Counted from the stretch's first letter, positions 25,601 through 39,747 are shown. The stretch is 64,000 nt of DNA from Azolla caroliniana (GCA_043228905.1 JBHGNT010000014.1:9362001-9426000); one strand, 5' to 3'. The notes: generated by a model from the letters alone, not told the origin. Made by a program: numbers and translations.

Positions 25601-26190
25601 CCAAAAAGCTCCAGAAGCTGGAACATTCGAGAAGCTTGTGCGTGAAAATGAGTCTCTGCATGGAACTGCATTTAGAGCCCACAAACATGAATAAATACAG
25701 GGGTTCACCTTGGCCTTAGTCAAGATGAACAACACCAACTTCCGTTCTTGTTCTCTTGTCTATTCTCTCTCTCTCTCTTTCTCTCTCTTAGTATTGAGCC
25801 TCAACTACTCGTCCGTGATAGCTTCATCGAGGAAGAGGGCCAAATCATCGTGCAAGGGCACCAGGACGGGAGGATGTTCATCCTCGACACCAATGACGTT
25901 GGCGCCGCTTTGTTCGCGAAAGGACAGAAAGTCAAACGAGATATCGACTTATGGCACAAGCGAATAGGTCGTGTCAACTACAGAGGCTTCACGATTTGCA
26001 ATCGAAACTAGTGGTATTCGGATTGCCAAAATTTAGTGGCCAGAAGGCCCAAATATGTGGAGCCTGCCAGCTAGGGAAGCAACACTAACTTCCATTCACC
26101 AACGAGCGAAACCAGAGCCGAAACAAGCTCGACTTGATACATTCATATGTATAGGGACCGGCACACAACGTGAGCTTAGGCGTGAGTTCA

Positions 26191-26714
26191 TGTCATGACA
26201 CAACGAATCTATTAAATACGTAGTTAATGAGGATTGAACCTGCAACCTCACAACTACAAGATGTCATGCTCAACCATTTTGATATGAGCAGTCATTTGTA
26301 TATAAATATAGGTTTAGTATAATTCTATAGTCTAGCATATGATACATTTCAGAATTAGAATATTTTAGTCAGTAGTATATTCTAGAAATATTGTATGACA
26401 TATTGTAGACGAGTATATTCTAGATATATTTCTCTAGTATATTCTAGAGATATTCAATCTTGGAACATGTATAAATACTTGTAACCTCCTTGGTCCCTTT
26501 CAAGGGATTCAACACTAGTCATTGACACATCAATCTAGTATTCTCGTTTCGCCACATCTTTGTCTCCTTGATCTTTATTTCTCTCTTCATGCCCTCATGT
26601 TGCTCACAACATATAGAGTTCCTAGCTTTGTCACATCTAGCTCCAAGTTCATCTGTCGCTCGTAGCCCCATCATTTGTGCTCCGCCCTAGTCCGTGCTTG
26701 GTGTGTCCATGACA
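26191..26714 (+). mobile_element. Element I: solo LTR (TGTCATG..CATGACA termini, chromovirus-like) in H's integrase
   Basis: Terminal inverted repeats, TSD GTTCA/GTTGA, TATA box near 26470. H's integrase reading continues across it. Confidence 0.85.
26230..26284 (-). promoter_or_regulatory. tRNA-like A box/B box pair in solo LTR I
   Basis: The minus strand reads TATCAAAATGG-TTGAGCA...AGGTT-GCAGGTTCAATCC, again with 44-nt spacing. Confidence 0.5.
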
Positions 26715-27639
26715 GTTGATACTTCATCTCCCTCATTGACGACTACAACCAGCACACATGGATCTACCTCATTGAGAAGAAGAGTGAAGTCTTCGACTGT
26801 TTCTGTAATTTACAAAGTTTAGTGGAGAGGGAAACAAAGACGAAGATCAAGTGCCTGCGATCGGATGGCGGAAAAGAATAATTTTCTGGCCAGTTCAATA
26901 GTTATCTACAATAGAAGGGAATTCGGTAAGAATTCAGTTGCAGATATACGCCGGAACAAAACAGTGTAGCCGAGAGGAAGAACCGGTCCATTGTGGAAGC
27001 GGCATGGGCAATGCTGGAGGAGAAATGCATGTTTAGGTTCTACTAGGCTGAAGCGGTCAAGATGACCGTCTACATCTAAAATCGGATCGGGAATAAGATA
27101 TCAGCACATGAGCTGTATTTCAGGTGGAAGACAAACTTACGACACCTGAGGATATTCGGTAGCATTGCGTATGTGCATATGCCCGATGAGAAGCACAAAA
27201 AGATAGACCTGAAGTCGGAGAAATGTATTTTGGTCGGCTACTCACATGAGCAGAAGGGTTACAAGTGCTACAACCCCTGGACAAAGTGTTGAGCGGCAAG
27301 CTCAACAGGAGCCGGATCAGGTGAATAAGCCTGATCCGGTGAGCGAGAAGGATCGGTGAGCCGGTGAGCAACCGGTGAGCTGGGGAGCCAGTTAGCCGGA
27401 TCCAGTAGTAACCGGAAGCCTAGTAATAGCTTAGATTACTAGGTAGTTATTGTCTCGTAGTTAGTGTCAGACGCTCATGTGAGCATTGAAGTACGTTGTA
27501 CTTTTGTCAGTCCCATGAGGACTTGTATAAATAGTGTTGTTGAGCACGTTGTATGTACAGAGTGTTGATATAATTTTTGAATTTAGATTCTTGTTTTGCT
27601 CTCTCTGTCTCTCCCGAGTACTCTCTGTATTCTGTGTAT

Positions 27640-27685
<46 letters not shown>

Positions 27686-27992
27686 TGCTACGCAGCCAAG
27701 CTGTTGTCTTACGCTTCCACATGGTATCAGAGCACGAGGGTTGAAGACCTCTGTCCATATTTTTCTCTGTCTACTATTCTGTTCTCACAACCTAGGTAGT
27801 TATTGTCTCGTAGTTAGTGTCAGACGCTCATGTGAGCATTGAAGTACGTTGTACTTCTGTCAGTCCCATGAGGACTTGTATAAATAGTGTTGTTGAGCAC
27901 GTTGTATGTATAGAGTGTTGATATAATTTTTGAATTTAGATTCTTGTTCTGCTCTCTCTATCTCTCCCGAGTACTCTCTATATTCTGTGTAT

Positions 27993-28056
<64 letters not shown>

Positions 28057-30971
28057 TGCTACGCAGCCAAGCTGTTGTCTTACGCTTCCACATGGTATCA
28101 AAGCACGAGGGTTGAAGACCTCTGCAGCCGACACTTGCTTTCACAAGACAAACCCTACAGGTTGTGAGAACAGAACAGTAGACAGAGAAAAATATGGACA
28201 GAGGCATGGCAAGTTCACTTCCTACAAAGAAGCTCGACCAGAGCAACTACGCGTTGTGGTCATACAAAATGCACCAGTACCTACTGGGGCATGGCTATTG
28301 GAGTTTTGTGGAAGGAACGAATGAGGTAGCACCAGAGCCTAGACACAAGGACTTCCCGGTATGGGAGCAAGGAGCGACCTGAGTATTATACTACCTCGCG
28401 TCCTGTGTGCACGACCAGATGCTCAACTACATCAGGGATGCAAAGATGCCGAAGATTTTCGCCGCAAGTACCACAGCCCGTAAGTTGCAGCTCCGGCAAG
28501 AGCTGAACAACATCCGAAAAAACAATATGTCGGTTACGGACTATACCACCAAAATAAAGGAGATTTGCGACACGCTTGGGTCCATCAACGTGATGGTGGA
28601 CGAAGATGAAATGGTACAAATTTTCCTTGGTGGTCTAGCGCAAAGGTACGGGCCAATCCGGAGAGCGATCTGCACCCAGGAGAAACCACCGACCTTCTTC
28701 GACTTGCAATCGATGGTGATGGTCGAAGAAAACCACGCTAGTGGGTCCAGGACCACTCAATCGGACAGTCGGATGTTGTACACAGAGGCAGATAGGCCCT
28801 GTGGGTGTGGGGGACAAGGTGGGTCGGCACGCACTGGAGGCGGCCGGCAAGAGCAGGAAAGAAGGCACAAAGAACGTGCCAACAGTAGTTCCGAAACTTC
28901 CACAAGCAGGGGGAGTCAAGGTGGCGCCGGAGGCTGGCAAGACAAATCCGCCATGGAATGCTGGTACTATGGCAAAAAGGGCCACAGAGAAAGCGAGTGC
29001 TAGAAGAAGCGCGCCAATTCGAACAGATCTGGATCTGGCAAAACCAGTCGGGAGAACCAGCAAAGCTCGCACTACGCACAAGGATCGAAAGGATCCGGAA
29101 CCGGGAAGACCGGTAAGGGGCTAGCCTTGGTGATGAAGCACGAGGAAAATTCGATGAAGAAGACTACTTCCAAATCGGAGGAAGTATGATATGTTGATTC
29201 CGGTGCGTCGAATCACATGACGAGCCACAAAGAGTGGTTCTCCTTCCTGGAGAAACTGGAACAACCGGGAGTTGTCAAAACCGGAGACGACAGTCCTCAC
29301 CCAATCGTGCATATCGGAGAAGTCCCTTTGAGCCACGTAGGACAGAGGGGCAAGTTGTTGAACATATTACACGTTCCGACTATCACGAAGAACCTGGTGT
29401 TGGTTGGACAGATTGTCGACTAGGGGATGTAGGTGCGGTTTACGCACCTCAGGTGCTTCATCGAGGAAGAGGGCCAAATCATTGCGCAAGGGCGTAGAGA
29501 CGGGAGGATGTTTATCCTCAACACCAATGACATCGGCACCACGTTGTTCGCCAAAGGACAGAAGATTGAATCGGATATTGATCTCTGGCACAAGCGGATC
29601 GGCCACGTCAATTACCGGCGGCTTCAAGACTTGCAAACGAAACAAGTTGTTTTCCGTTTGCTGATGTTTAGTGGCCGAAAGGCCCATGTATGTGAAACCT
29701 GCCAACTCGGGAAGCAACACCGACTTCCATTCCCCACCGAACGAAACCATAGTTGTAACAAGCTCGACCTTATTCATTTGGATGTATGGGGACCGGCACA
29801 GAACGTGAGTCTTGGCAGGAGTCGATATTTTGTCTCCTTCATCGACGACTACAGCCGGCACACATGGATCTACCTCATTGAGCGGAAGAGCGAAGTCTTC
29901 GACTGTTTCCAGAACCTCCAAAGCATGGTGGAGCGGGAATCGGAGAGAAAGATCAAGTGCCTACGGTCGGATGGCGAAAAAGAGTACTTTTCTGGCCAAT
30001 TCAACAGTTATCTGTAGCAAAAGGGAATTCGGCGAGAGTTCAGCTGTAGATACACACTAAAACAAAACAGTGTGGCCGAAAGGAAGAACCGGTCGCTCAT
30101 CGACGCGGCAAGGGCAATGCTGGAAGAGAAGAGCATGCCCCATTTCTACTGAGCGTAGGCGGTCCAAACGGTCGTCTACATCCAAAACCGGATCGGTGAC
30201 AAGGTGTCCGCGCATGAGCTATATTTCGGGCGCAAGCCGAATTTGCGACACCTTCGGATATTCGGTAGCATTGCATATGTGCATGTGCTGGATGTGAAGC
30301 GGAGGAAGTTGGATGCAAAGCTGGAGAAAAGCATCCTGGTCGGTTACTCGCATGAGCAAAAGGGGTATAAGTGTTATAACCCCCGAATGAAGCAGCTCCG
30401 GTTAGCTGCGATGTTGAGTTCAATGAAATGGCATCATGGAACTCCTTACCAACTCCGACTTCCGACTCTGACCCGATGCCGGAGGACGAGGCTAGTGAGC
30501 CTGAACCGGCCAAGGTAGAAGTAGTGAAGACTGTTGTCTGTCTGGCCGGACTAGCCTCAACACAGGTGTCTATCCGACACTTCTCCAAAGGGGTGGTAAG
30601 GATTGGATGCTAGGTTACACGCATAAGATGATTACAATTAAGCACAGATGGTAAACAATACGAGACACAGATAAACACGCAATAATTACTATTGTATTAC
30701 TTCCATCCAAAAACTTTACAAATCATCGGATCCTTTTATAGGCATCCGGCAAGGTTACAATCGGTGCGCTTAGGCAACCGACATCCGAATCGGTCCGGAT
30801 CCGGATCGGTACAACTGTACCGGATCCGTCCCTCCGAATAATAATTCTACTATTATTTACTTCCTATTATCCGATCCGATTCCGCCTTCCCACTTGTCCT
30901 TGCTCTTCTGACCGGCCAACACATGGCACGCCCGTGGGAAAGTGCCTTGCACTTCGAATCCACTCCCGGCC

Positions 30972-33642
30972 TCAGTCTTCCTCCAAAATATCGAGCACAC
31001 TTTGCTCGATGGTGTCAAGTGGTGCTTCTTCCTCCTGTTCCTGTTCCTTGCCTGCCTGGTCTCCGACCTCCGGTTGGGTAGGCTGTTTCGTAAAAATTTG
31101 CTGCTCCGGCTCTGCTTGATTCTGTGGTGCCGGTGCTTCCTCACCGCTTCGTCCGGGTTCTTCCTGTTCTCCCTCCGTTCCTGGCTCTGTTCTGTTACCG
31201 GTGTCGCTTTCTCCGGTCTCGACTGGTCGACTCGATATGCCTCCTTCCTCTGCTCTGGTGTCTTCCGGTCTCAGCTCTTCTTCTTCTCCGGCATCGGTCT
31301 GCTCCTGCTCTTCTTCAAGTTCGTCTTCGGGTATTCCTCGTCGGGGTTGTTCGGTGTCGGTTGGTTCATCTTCAGTCGGTCGCTCTCCCTCACTTATTGT
31401 GATTGGCGTCGTTCTTCCCTTAGCTTCCTGTCTTAACCGGTCCTGCTCGTATCTCTCCAACTCCAACTGAGTTGCGAGCTGCCCGTCATCCAACCTCTCT
31501 ACCAACCCTCGGATTTCTTTGAGGTGTTCTTCTGCTAAAGTGTAGAAATCCTCTGACAATTCTTCCCGAATGGCGACGATACTTTCTTCATCCATCTTGT
31601 AGAACTTGTCACCGGTCTTCCTCCGATTCTCGGCATCTGCTCGGAGTGTCTGCAGCTCGGCTGCCTGTTGTGACCACTCCTTCCATAGCTTTTCCGTACT
31701 CGGCCTGCTTGTGATCTCGGTAGAGACGGTCGAAGTCCTCCGTCTTCTGCTTCAGGCGTCGGGTTGCCTGAGCTCTTAACCGATCGTCCCGGTCCTTCTG
31801 TTGTCGGAGTTCTTCCTGCAGTTGTTCTATCTCTTGCTCGGCATGTCGACGTAGTCGGTCCTTCTCCTTTTGCAGCTTCTCTTTTTCTTCTTGCAGTCGG
31901 TCATTAGCGGCTCGACCTTTCCGGAGGCCTTCTTCCATTTTTCGTCTGTTGTCCTCCACCGCTTTCCGCTGCTCCCTTTCTCTTTCCCTTAATGCCTCCT
32001 GAGCTTTTAACTCCTCTCATAAGGTTTCTATTATTTTTTCGGTCTCAGGGCCGGTTTGCAAGGCTATCGGTTCCGGTTCCGGTTCTGGTTGCTTCCTTGT
32101 TGTCCCGACCGGCTCGGTGACAACTTGTGCTTGTTGAATTCCTTCCCTTGCCTGCAACAGCTCCCCTTGCATTTCCTCGATCTGTGTTCGGAGCGCGACC
32201 AACTCCTGAGTTGTTGTATGCGTCAGTTGTTGCCTACACGTTTCTTCTTTCTCTAACTGGTCCGCTACTCCCGATAACTGCTCCGAAAGCCATCTCAGCC
32301 ATTGTGGCTTTGTTCTTCCGGTGTCGGGGTGGCCTTGCTCACTTAAGTCACGCTGATTTTCCGGCCTCTTCTCTGGCTCCGGCTCCGGCGCTTGTTCCTT
32401 CTTCTTCTCTGGGATGACCGGTTTTCTGAAGTCCGGCCCAACCGGTGTCGGTGTTGCTTCCCTGGGTACGGGTTCCGGTGCTGTTTCCACCTCGGCTACT
32501 GGAGATGGTCCTTGCGCCCTCTGCTGAGTTCTGTCCACTGGTGGAGCCGGTCCTTTCGCCCGTTTCTCCTGACCTTGTCTTGCTGGGAGTCTTACCAGTG
32601 GTTCGGATGAGTCTTCTGTTTCAGCCTCCTCCTCCGGTGCGGTTACCAGACGGACCTTTTGTATAAAGACCTCAGGTTCCGGTTCCGGCCGTCGCAGCGT
32701 TATATGGATTGGTTTTCGCGCTACCGGTTCCTCCTCAGCCGATTTCCCTTTGCCTTTACCTGCCGGTTTTGCCTTTGTTGCCGGTTCCTGTTGCTGTCGG
32801 GATGGTCCTTCCCCCTGCTGTTCTGCTTCTTGTTGGGTCCATCCGGGGGTGTGTTTCTCCAAGATCTGTTGGCGCTTTGTGACCTTTTTCGGTGTCGTCT
32901 CCTGCCGACCTCTTTTCTTTTGTGTGATGGGGAGCACCGGTGGGACTAACACCGTTAGCCATTGTGCTATCCCGGCCCATGGCTTTTTTCCTTCCACAAG
33001 ATTTTTGATGGCCTCCTTCAATCCTTCGGTTATGAAATGGAGCCAGTCTATTTGTAAGCCCTCGTACGCTGCTATTAAGAACGCTGCCCGGTACTTGGCT
33101 ATGCCTGGGGGACGGGGATTCACGAATCCGTATTCCATCATAGCGCGGGCCACTTCTCCGAACAGCAGGTTCTCTCCGCCCTGCGTTCGGTACGCCTTGC
33201 TGCTGATAGAGTATTCCCCGAAATATTCGAACAGGATTTCACTGGAAGGGTTTTCGATTGTTTGAAGTCCTCCTGCTTTGATCCCCATGAGCGCCTGCAC
33301 CGCTCCTTCCGTGACTTCTGATATATCGATCGATGCTGCCGCCTGCTCTGGTTCTGCGTGTGGTGGAGCGTCGGCGATCCGCAACAATCCTTTTAACCCG
33401 TTCTCCCTCATCCATTGGCGTGCCTCTTCCGACAGTACCATTGTTTCGAATTCTTCTTCTGCTGCTTGTTGTTCGGGATCGCGCTGTGTGTGCTCTGTGC
33501 GTCGGGTCGCTCTTCTGTGCTTCTGCGCCTGTATGTAGGAAAATTCGTAAAAAGTGAGCCCTTCGCAGGCCTGTGTCTTATATAGTAAGTTGTGCCTCGA
33601 GCCGCCCTTTTTCGTTTCCCGCGCATGTTCCTCTCCTGCCAT
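30972..33642 (-). pseudogene. Extra 3' ORF of element K (~820-890 aa, unknown function; globular N-terminus, Pro/Glu-rich linker, coiled coil, acidic tail)
   Basis: ORFs 32017-33705, 31609-31959 and 30972-31595 join into one frame by reverting one TGA (32017-32019, probably from CGA) and one 1-nt frameshift near 31693. Start ATG at 33642 or 33441. Confidence 0.75.
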
Positions 33643-34158
33643 AATTAGTATGTCCTTTCTTGTTTGCCGCGTGTGAGTGCCCACGTTCCATGCTTTAAAT
33701 AGCAAGTACGCGCACGTCCTTTTTTAATGCATGACGCCTCTTCATTGCATGGTGGCGCTCCCACCTCTTGTGATCTCCCCATCATTACTATGATTCGCGT
33801 CGATTTTGCCCACGTCTTCTCTTTTCTTTTTTTCTTTTTTTTTCTTTTTTTTTTTTTTTCTTTGTTTGGACCACGTCATTTGCTTGTCCCCCCCGATTTG
33901 TTCGGGTCGGTTCGTGTGGATACCGGATCCTTCTGTCGGTTTTCCGGGATAGTCTTTGTCAGTATCGGTGTCGGTTCTTCCTCGGTCCGAATATCTTCAG
34001 CAACGTCCGTCGGTGTCGGTTCCTCATCTTGCCGGATTTCCGGGTTTTGGTTGAACGGGTTGGCTGGCATATTTCCCTTATACGGCTTTAGTCGAAATCC
34101 ATTTGCCCACTTGCCGATGACATCTCCAGACAACGTGCCGAGCTGATACGACCCATTG

Positions 34159-34420
34159 TGTTAAACACATTGCTCGGCCACAACCGAGGAATAGGATCAA
34201 CTCCAGAAAATAGGAAATACAAAATACACGAAGACAACAGAGAGAAAGGTACACTGGATGTTTTACGTGGAAAACCCTAAATGGGAAAAACCACGGGAGT
34301 CCTCAAACTCCAACTATCACTATAAACAGAGATGTACACTGGTGAAGCTACAAGGCAACAACCTTGAGCTCACTGTCTTCGCCACAGGCGGCGGTAATAC
34401 ACTGAGGCAACGACCTCTTC

Positions 34421-34457
<37 letters not shown>

Positions 34458-37400
34458 CTGCACTCACTTCGCTCCCACTAAGTGGAAAAACAGGAAAAAT
34501 GAGCAACAACATTCAAACTGTTTGCCCTAAGTCATATTTATACATATATGACTTTCGGGCTATTTACAAATATAGCCTAGAGGGCCCTTGGCAAACATAT
34601 TCACAAATATGTCCCCGCATCCGGATCTCTCTCCGGGTACATTCGTCATCCAGCTCCGTAGCCGGGGTCTTCAGCATCCGGCTCCGTAGCCGGGGTCTTC
34701 ATCATCCGGGAGAAGCCGGGTACTCTTCATCCGGCTTCATGTCGGGTACTCTTCATCATCCGGTTCCGTAGCCGGGTACTCTTCATCCGGCTTCATGTCG
34801 GGTACTCTTCATCATCCGGTTCCGTAACCGCAACCGGGCTTGCCGTCATTCATCTCCGGACATCCCATCCGGAGGGACCGAAATCCCAACAAACTCCCCC
34901 TTCACTTCGGCATGGGATGTCTCTCCAATCCGATCCTCTTCCGGCATGCTTCCAGCTTGTCGGGTGTGAGCACTTTGGTTAGCATATCTGACCCGTTCTC
35001 GTCCGTGTGGATCTTCGTCAGCACGAACTCCTGGTCTTCTATCCTTTCCCGGATCCAGTGATATCTTCGCTGGATGTGCTTCGTCCGGGAGTGATAGGCC
35101 GCATTCTTCGCAAGGTGGATGGCACTCTGACTGTCGCAGTAGAGTCGGTACTCCTCCTGCCGGATACCGAGCTCTCTAATGAAGTCCTTCATCCATATTA
35201 TTTCCTTGCCGGCTTCAACAGCCGCCATGTACTCCGCCTCCGTGGTTGACAACGCAACCGTCTTCTGCAACCTCGACTGCCACGAAACGGCTCCCCCTGC
35301 ATATGTCAATACATACCCTGATGTAGACCGGCTGGTATCCGCATCAGCCGACATGTCCGAATCGGTAAATCCATCGAGTTCGGGCTTACCGGAGCCGAAT
35401 CGGAGGCACATGTTCGAAGTGCCCTTTAAGTATCGGAGTATCCATTTGACCGCGTTCCAGTGCTCCTTGCCGGGATTACTCATATACCGGCTCACCACTC
35501 CGACTGCGTATCCAATGTCCGGTCGGGTACACACCATTGCGTACATCAAGCTCCCGACGGCAGAGGCATATGGTATCTTCATCATTTCCTCCTTTTCAAC
35601 TTTTGTCTTGGGACTTTGCTTGCCGGATAACTTGCAGTTTGCCGGGAGGGTCGACCCGACCGGTCTTGCTTCCGACATGTTGAACCGGTGAAGCACCTTT
35701 GTCACGTACTTCTCCTGTGACAGCCACAACTGCTTCTTCTTCCAGTCCCGGATGATGTGCATCCCTAGTATTTGCCTCGCCGGACCCAGGTCCTTCATTG
35801 AGAAGGTTCGGTGAAGCGCTTTCTTCATCATCCGTATCTTGACCTGGTCCCGTCCGACGATCAACATGTCGTCCACGTACAAGAGGAGTATTAGAAAGTC
35901 TCCTCCTTCGAACTTCTTCACAAACATGCAGTGATCGGACTGCGTTTTGTGGTACCCTTCGTCGGTCATGAAAGAGTCGAACTTCCGGTACCATTGCCGG
36001 GGAGCCTGCTTCAGTTCGTAAAGGCTCTTCTTCAACCGGCATACCAGGTGCTCCTTCCCTTTCTTCTCGAATCCTTCCGGTTGCTGCATGTAGATCTCTT
36101 CTTCGAGGTCACCGTGAAGGAATGCCGTCTTCACGTCCATCTGTTCTACCTCGAGGTCCATGCTTGCCACTATGCTCAGCACCGTCTGGATGGAGGTCAT
36201 CTTCACTACCGGGGCAAATATCTCGTCGAAGTCGACGCCCTTCTTCTGCTAGAACCCCTTCACCACAATCCTGGCTTTGTATCTCGGGGGGTTTCCGGCA
36301 TCTCCCGGTTTCAGCTTGAACACCCACTTGTTTCGAAGTGCCCGCTTTCCTTTCGGCAACTCCACAAGTTCATATGTGTGGTTCTCATGCAGGGAATCCA
36401 TCTCCTCCTGCATGGCACTTAACAACCTGCGGCTATGGGTGTCAAGCTTTGCTTCTTCAAAACTCTCCGGCTCCCCCTCGTCGGTTAACAGCACGTGCTC
36501 TGGTTCCGGAAATCTCCGGGGGGCCCTTCTCTCTCTTAGAGGATATCTCCATTCCGGAGCTTCGGTAACCGGCTCCTCCGTTTCCTCTTCATCCGAATCC
36601 ATTTCGGGATCGGGGCCGGTTCCGGTATCAGTTTCATCTTCCTCGGCCGGTTCTGTTTCTTCACCGTCTTCGGCCGGATCCTCGAGTGCTAACCGGTCCC
36701 TTGCCGGTCGGGACTGCTCCTCGTAGAGTTGATCCTCACCGGTCGACTTAGAGCTCTTCATCTTCTTCTCCGACTCCCAGTCGGCGAGTGTCTTGTCCTC
36801 CATGAAGATGATATCACGACTCCGGAATATCTTTTCGTCGACCGGGTCCCATACTCGGTAGCCGAACTCGTCATCGCCGTAACCGAGGAATATGCATGGC
36901 CGGGTCTTTGGATCTAGCTTTCCTCTCCGGTCCTTTGCCACATGCACATATGCGAGACACCCGAACACCTTCAGATGCCGGTAGGATACTTCCCTACCGG
37001 TCCACACTCTCTGCGGCGTGTCTCCGTCCAAAGGTACTGAGGGTGATCTGTTTATCACGTATGTCGCCGTCGACATTGCCTCGGCCCAAAACCCCTTGGG
37101 TAATTTCGCATGCGCCAGCATACTCCGGACCCTCTCCATTATGGTCCGGTTCATCCTCTCGGCCAGCCCGTTCAGTTCCGGCGTCTTCGGCACAGTAAAC
37201 TCGAGTCGGATTCCCTTCGAGCGACAGTACTCCTGGAACTGCCCCCGGTATTCCCCTCCGTTATCTGCTCGTATTGCTTTCAGCTTCTTGCCGGATTCTC
37301 TTTCCACTCTCGCGTGGAGTTCTTTGAAGACGGACAATACTTGGTCCTTTGTCTTCAACGGTGCCGTCCACAGCTTCCGGCTATGGTCATCTATGAATGT

Positions 37401-39268
37401 TACGAAGTACTGGGCTCCGCCATGTGACTTCGTTTCTACCTGACACACATCAGTGTGTACCAACTCCAATGGTACACTACGTCTCATCGGTGGTCTTGAG
37501 CGGAAGGAGGTCCGGTTTTGCTTACCGGCCAGACAGTCGGTACACTTCCCCAGGTGTACGTGCTTTACCGGTATCAGGTTTTCTTCGGCAAGCCTCTTCA
37601 TCCCCTTCTCGCTCATGTGGCACAGTCTCTTGTCCCACAGCTCACCGGTAGTGTCAGCTGCCACGTTCAGCTCCTCCGGACATAGCCGGGAATTCATCAG
37701 GTACAGTGTGTTGACCTTCCGGGCCCGAGCCACTATCAGGCTCCCTTTGCTGAACTTCATGACACCGTTCCGGATGCTACCCGTGTAGCCTTCATCGTCT
37801 AGCCTCCTGGCCGAAATCAGGTTCAATCGAACCTCCGGAACGTGTCGAACATCCTTCAGCAGCATCTTGCATCCGGTTGATGTCATCAGCCACACGTCTC
37901 CTATGCCGGCAATCCGGCATGTGCCTTCATTTCCCATCCGGACACAGCCGTGCTCACCGGCTGTGTAGGATGAGAAGTATTTCTTCTCCGGGGTCAGGTG
38001 GAACGACGCTCCGGAATCGACCACCCAGGTCATCTCTTCACCGGCAAGGTTCAGCTCCCTCTCTTCGGTAATGAGCATTATCTCTTCTTCACTTGCCGCG
38101 AGTGCCGTCGTTCCTTTCCGGTCCTGCCCTCGCCGATCCGGACCTCTCCGGTCTGTGGCTCCCCGGTATGCACCGTTTCGCTCCGGTGACTTCTTCGAAT
38201 CGGTACCGTCGGTTCCGTTGTCTTTCCGGAAATGCCGACAGTTCTTCTGGAAGTGCCCCGGCTTCCCACAGTAGAAGCATGTAGGTCTTCCCCTCGACTG
38301 CGACCGTGTCCCCGACTTCTCCCGTCTTTGCGGACTCCGGTTCCGTTGTCTTCCCCGTTCCGATTCGGTAAGCAGCGCCTTCGAGTCGGAGGCCGGTTCT
38401 TTATCTCTCCGATGCGCTTCTTCATTTAGAATACTTGTCTTTACCGTTAGTAAAGACAAGTTCTCTTCCTTACAGGAGGTGCTGAGAGTAACTACCAAGT
38501 TCTCCCAGCTCTCCGGAAGGGTACACATCAGCATGATGGCTTGCATTGCGTCATCCAACGGGAACTTGATCACCGCAAGCTGGTTCACGAGTCCCATGAA
38601 CGTGCTGACGTGTTCGACCATGCTCTCGCCGTCCCGGTACTTAAGATTCACTATCTTCCTCATCAGGGAGGTCCGGGTCAGAGCATTCTTCCTCTCATAC
38701 AGTCCGGACAGCTTCTGCCACATCTCATAGGCGTTCGTATCGTTCGCCACATGTTGCAGAACACTTACATCGACATATTGCCGGATCGTCGCTACGGCTT
38801 TCAGGTTCAGGAGCTTCCACTCCGACTCTATTACTCCCTTGGGTATCTCGGCATTGTCGATCGGTTCGTACAGGTCTCGGACGATGAGAAGGTCTTCCAT
38901 CTTTATCTTCCAGTCGGCGTAGTTCTGTGAGTTCAACACCATCATGCCCGGAGGCCCACTACCGCCGCCTTCCATTTTCTGTGTTACCGTCGCTCTGATA
39001 CCACTTTGTTAAACACAGTGCTCGGCCACAACCGAGGAATAGGATCAACTCCAGAAAATAGGAAATACAAAATACACGAAGACAACAGAGAGAAAGGTAC
39101 ACTGGATGTTTTACGTGGAAAACCCTAAATGGGAAAAACCACGGGAGTCCTCAAACTCCAACTATCACTATAAACAGAGATGTACACTGGTGAAGCTACA
39201 AGGCAACAACCTTGAGCTCACTGTCTTCGCCACAGGCGGCGGTAATACACTGAGGCAACGACCTCTTC

Positions 39269-39313
<45 letters not shown>

Positions 39314-39747
39314 CTGCACTCACTTCGCTCCCACTAAGTGGAAAAACAGGAAAAATGAGCAACAACATTCAAACTGTTTGCCCTAAGTCATATTTATACA
39401 TATATGACTTTCGGGCTATTTACAAATATAGCCTAGAGGGCCCTTGGCAAACATATTCACAAATATGTCCCCGCATCCGGATCTCTCTCCGGGTACATTC
39501 GTCATCCGGCTCCGTAGCCGGGGTCTTCAGCATCCGGCTCCGTAGCCGGGGTCTTCATCATCCGGGAGAAGCCGGGTACTCTTCATCCGGCTTCATGTCG
39601 GGTACTCTTCATCATCCGGTTCCGTAGCCGGGTACTCTTCATCCGGCTTCATGTCGGGTACTCTTCATCATCCGGTTCCGTAACCGCAACCGGGCTTGCC
39701 GTCATTCATCTCCGGACATCCCATCCGGAGGGACCGAAATCCCAACA
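34159..39747 (-). mobile_element. Element L: very young, complete Tnt1/Tork-like Ty1/copia inserted in K's integrase remnant
   Basis: TSD CATTG at 34154-34158 and 39748-39752. LTRs 34159-34891 and 39007-39747 differ by about 2 substitutions plus (CT)n length. Met PBS at 38992-39003. PPT at 34892-34905. Confidence 0.97.
34902..38975 (-). pseudogene. gag-pol: Gag-pol polyprotein of element L with a single in-frame stop
   Basis: The 908-aa and 434-aa ORFs are in the same frame, separated only by TAG at 36249-36251 (CAG in relatives N and O). All copia domains are present. Confidence 0.93.

Larger units (their letters stand above)
19416..25820 (+). mobile_element. Element D: decayed Tcn1-like chromovirus with its 5' part largely deleted
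   Basis: TSD GCTTT/GCTTC at 19411-19415 and 25821-25825. 5' LTR stub 19439-19533 matches the start of the 3' LTR (~25479-25820). RT-RH-IN-chromodomain remnants at 22627-25470. PPT at ~25469-25478. Confidence 0.82.

Noticed and set aside
33820-33862. Poly(T) tract as a LINE/SINE or retrogene tail
   Set aside because: No TSD or upstream body. It fits the A-rich spacer between integrase and the extra ORF of K.
34258-34771. ORFs inside the LTRs of L (also 39106-39627)
   Set aside because: The frame changes with (CT)n length between two otherwise near-identical LTRs, which argues against coding function.
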